Shown: positions 63,401 through 64,000 of the stretch, one piece after another | How positions within the stretch are numbered: the first letter of the stretch is position 1 | How the letters are laid out: every line of letters starts with the position of its first letter | Source of the DNA: Candidatus Woesearchaeota archaeon | GTDB taxonomy: Archaea > Nanobdellota > Nanobdellia > Woesearchaeales > JABIAG01 | Length of the DNA: 64,000 nucleotides | Reading direction: 5' to 3' | NCBI GenBank assembly: GCA_018653365.1 | Contig: JABIAG010000003.1 | Coordinates: forward strand, 32,001-96,000 | The notes under the pieces: model-generated | Told to the model about the DNA's origin: nothing | Seen by the model: the letters and a program-made list of their open reading frames with translations, nothing else | Databases searched by the model: none | Position numbers and translations under genes: made by a program

Positions 63401-64000
63401 ATGGGACATCCTAGAAAAAATCGAAAAACGTATTCACGACCTTCACATCCTTGGCAAAAGGAAAGGATCGAAGAAGAAATTATTCTAACTAGAGAGTATG
63501 GTCTTAAAACTAAGAAAGAAATATGGAAAGCTTCATCTTTACTTTCAAGATTTAAGAGTCAGGCAAAAACACTTTCTGTTTCTACAACTGAACAATCTAA
63601 AAAGGAAACACAACAATTAATGGATAAGCTTAAGTCTTATGGTGTTGTTTCTGAAAATCCAACTTTTGATGAAGTATTAAGTCTTGAAATCCGAAATTTT
63701 ATGGATAGAAGATTACAAACTGTTTTAGTAACTAAAAAATTGGCTAGAACTGCTAAGCAGGCTAGACAAATGATTATTCATCAACACGTTATGGTTGATG
63801 GCAAAACAATTTCATCTCCTTCTTACATTGTTAGAAAAAGCGAAGAATCAGCAATTGGTTTTAATGATCAATCTGCTTTTAAGAATGAGTCTCATCCAGA
63901 ACGAGAATTGAAAAAAGAGATGGAAGAGATTAAAGAAGAAGTTCGAAAAATCAAAACCGCAAAAACTAATGAAGAAATTAAAGAAGAAAAAGAAACTAAT
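63401..64000 (+). CDS. rps4: 30S ribosomal protein uS4 (runs off the window end)
   Basis: Manual translation MGHPRKNRKTYSRPSHPWQKERI...YGLKTKKEIWK...RRLQT...QARQMIIH. Confidence 0.95.
   Translation, partial: MGHPRKNRKTYSRPSHPWQKERIEEEIILTREYGLKTKKEIWKASSLLSRFKSQAKTLSVSTTEQSKKETQQLMDKLKSYGVVSENPTFDEVLSLEIRNFMDRRLQTVLVTKKLARTAKQARQMIIHQHVMVDGKTISSPSYIVRKSEESAIGFNDQSAFKNESHPERELKKEMEEIKEEVRKIKTAKTNEEIKEEKETN

Overview
AT-rich archaeal chromosome segment, most likely Woesearchaeales/Nanoarchaeota (DPANN), judged from the fused PriS-PriL primase, archaeal r-proteins, GGTGA Shine-Dalgarno sites, bacterial-type GyrA and iPGM, and BHB-type tRNA introns. In order it holds: the L3-to-L18 ribosomal superoperon with a structured leader; replication, repair and translation housekeeping genes; a 2962-aa mosaic surface protein bracketed by two ribbon-helix-helix genes; an enolase-IMPase-iPGM operon; ftsY/pfdA/scpA; five tRNAs carrying seven introns (three at non-canonical positions, one tRNA being Ile-UAU); two free-standing LAGLIDADG genes; scpB and gyrA; RNase P RNA; and the start of the S13-S4 operon. 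Best candidates for undescribed biology: (1) a repeated architecture of tRNA 3' end, CACTGGACAA boxes, TATA and a LAGLIDADG gene; (2) near-identical DNA blocks shared between the charged tails of uL22 and uL24, with related motifs in uS3 and FtsY; (3) three palindromic 37-bp repeats at an exact 53-bp period; (4) a structured leader ahead of rpl3. All calls were made by eye; no database searches were run.
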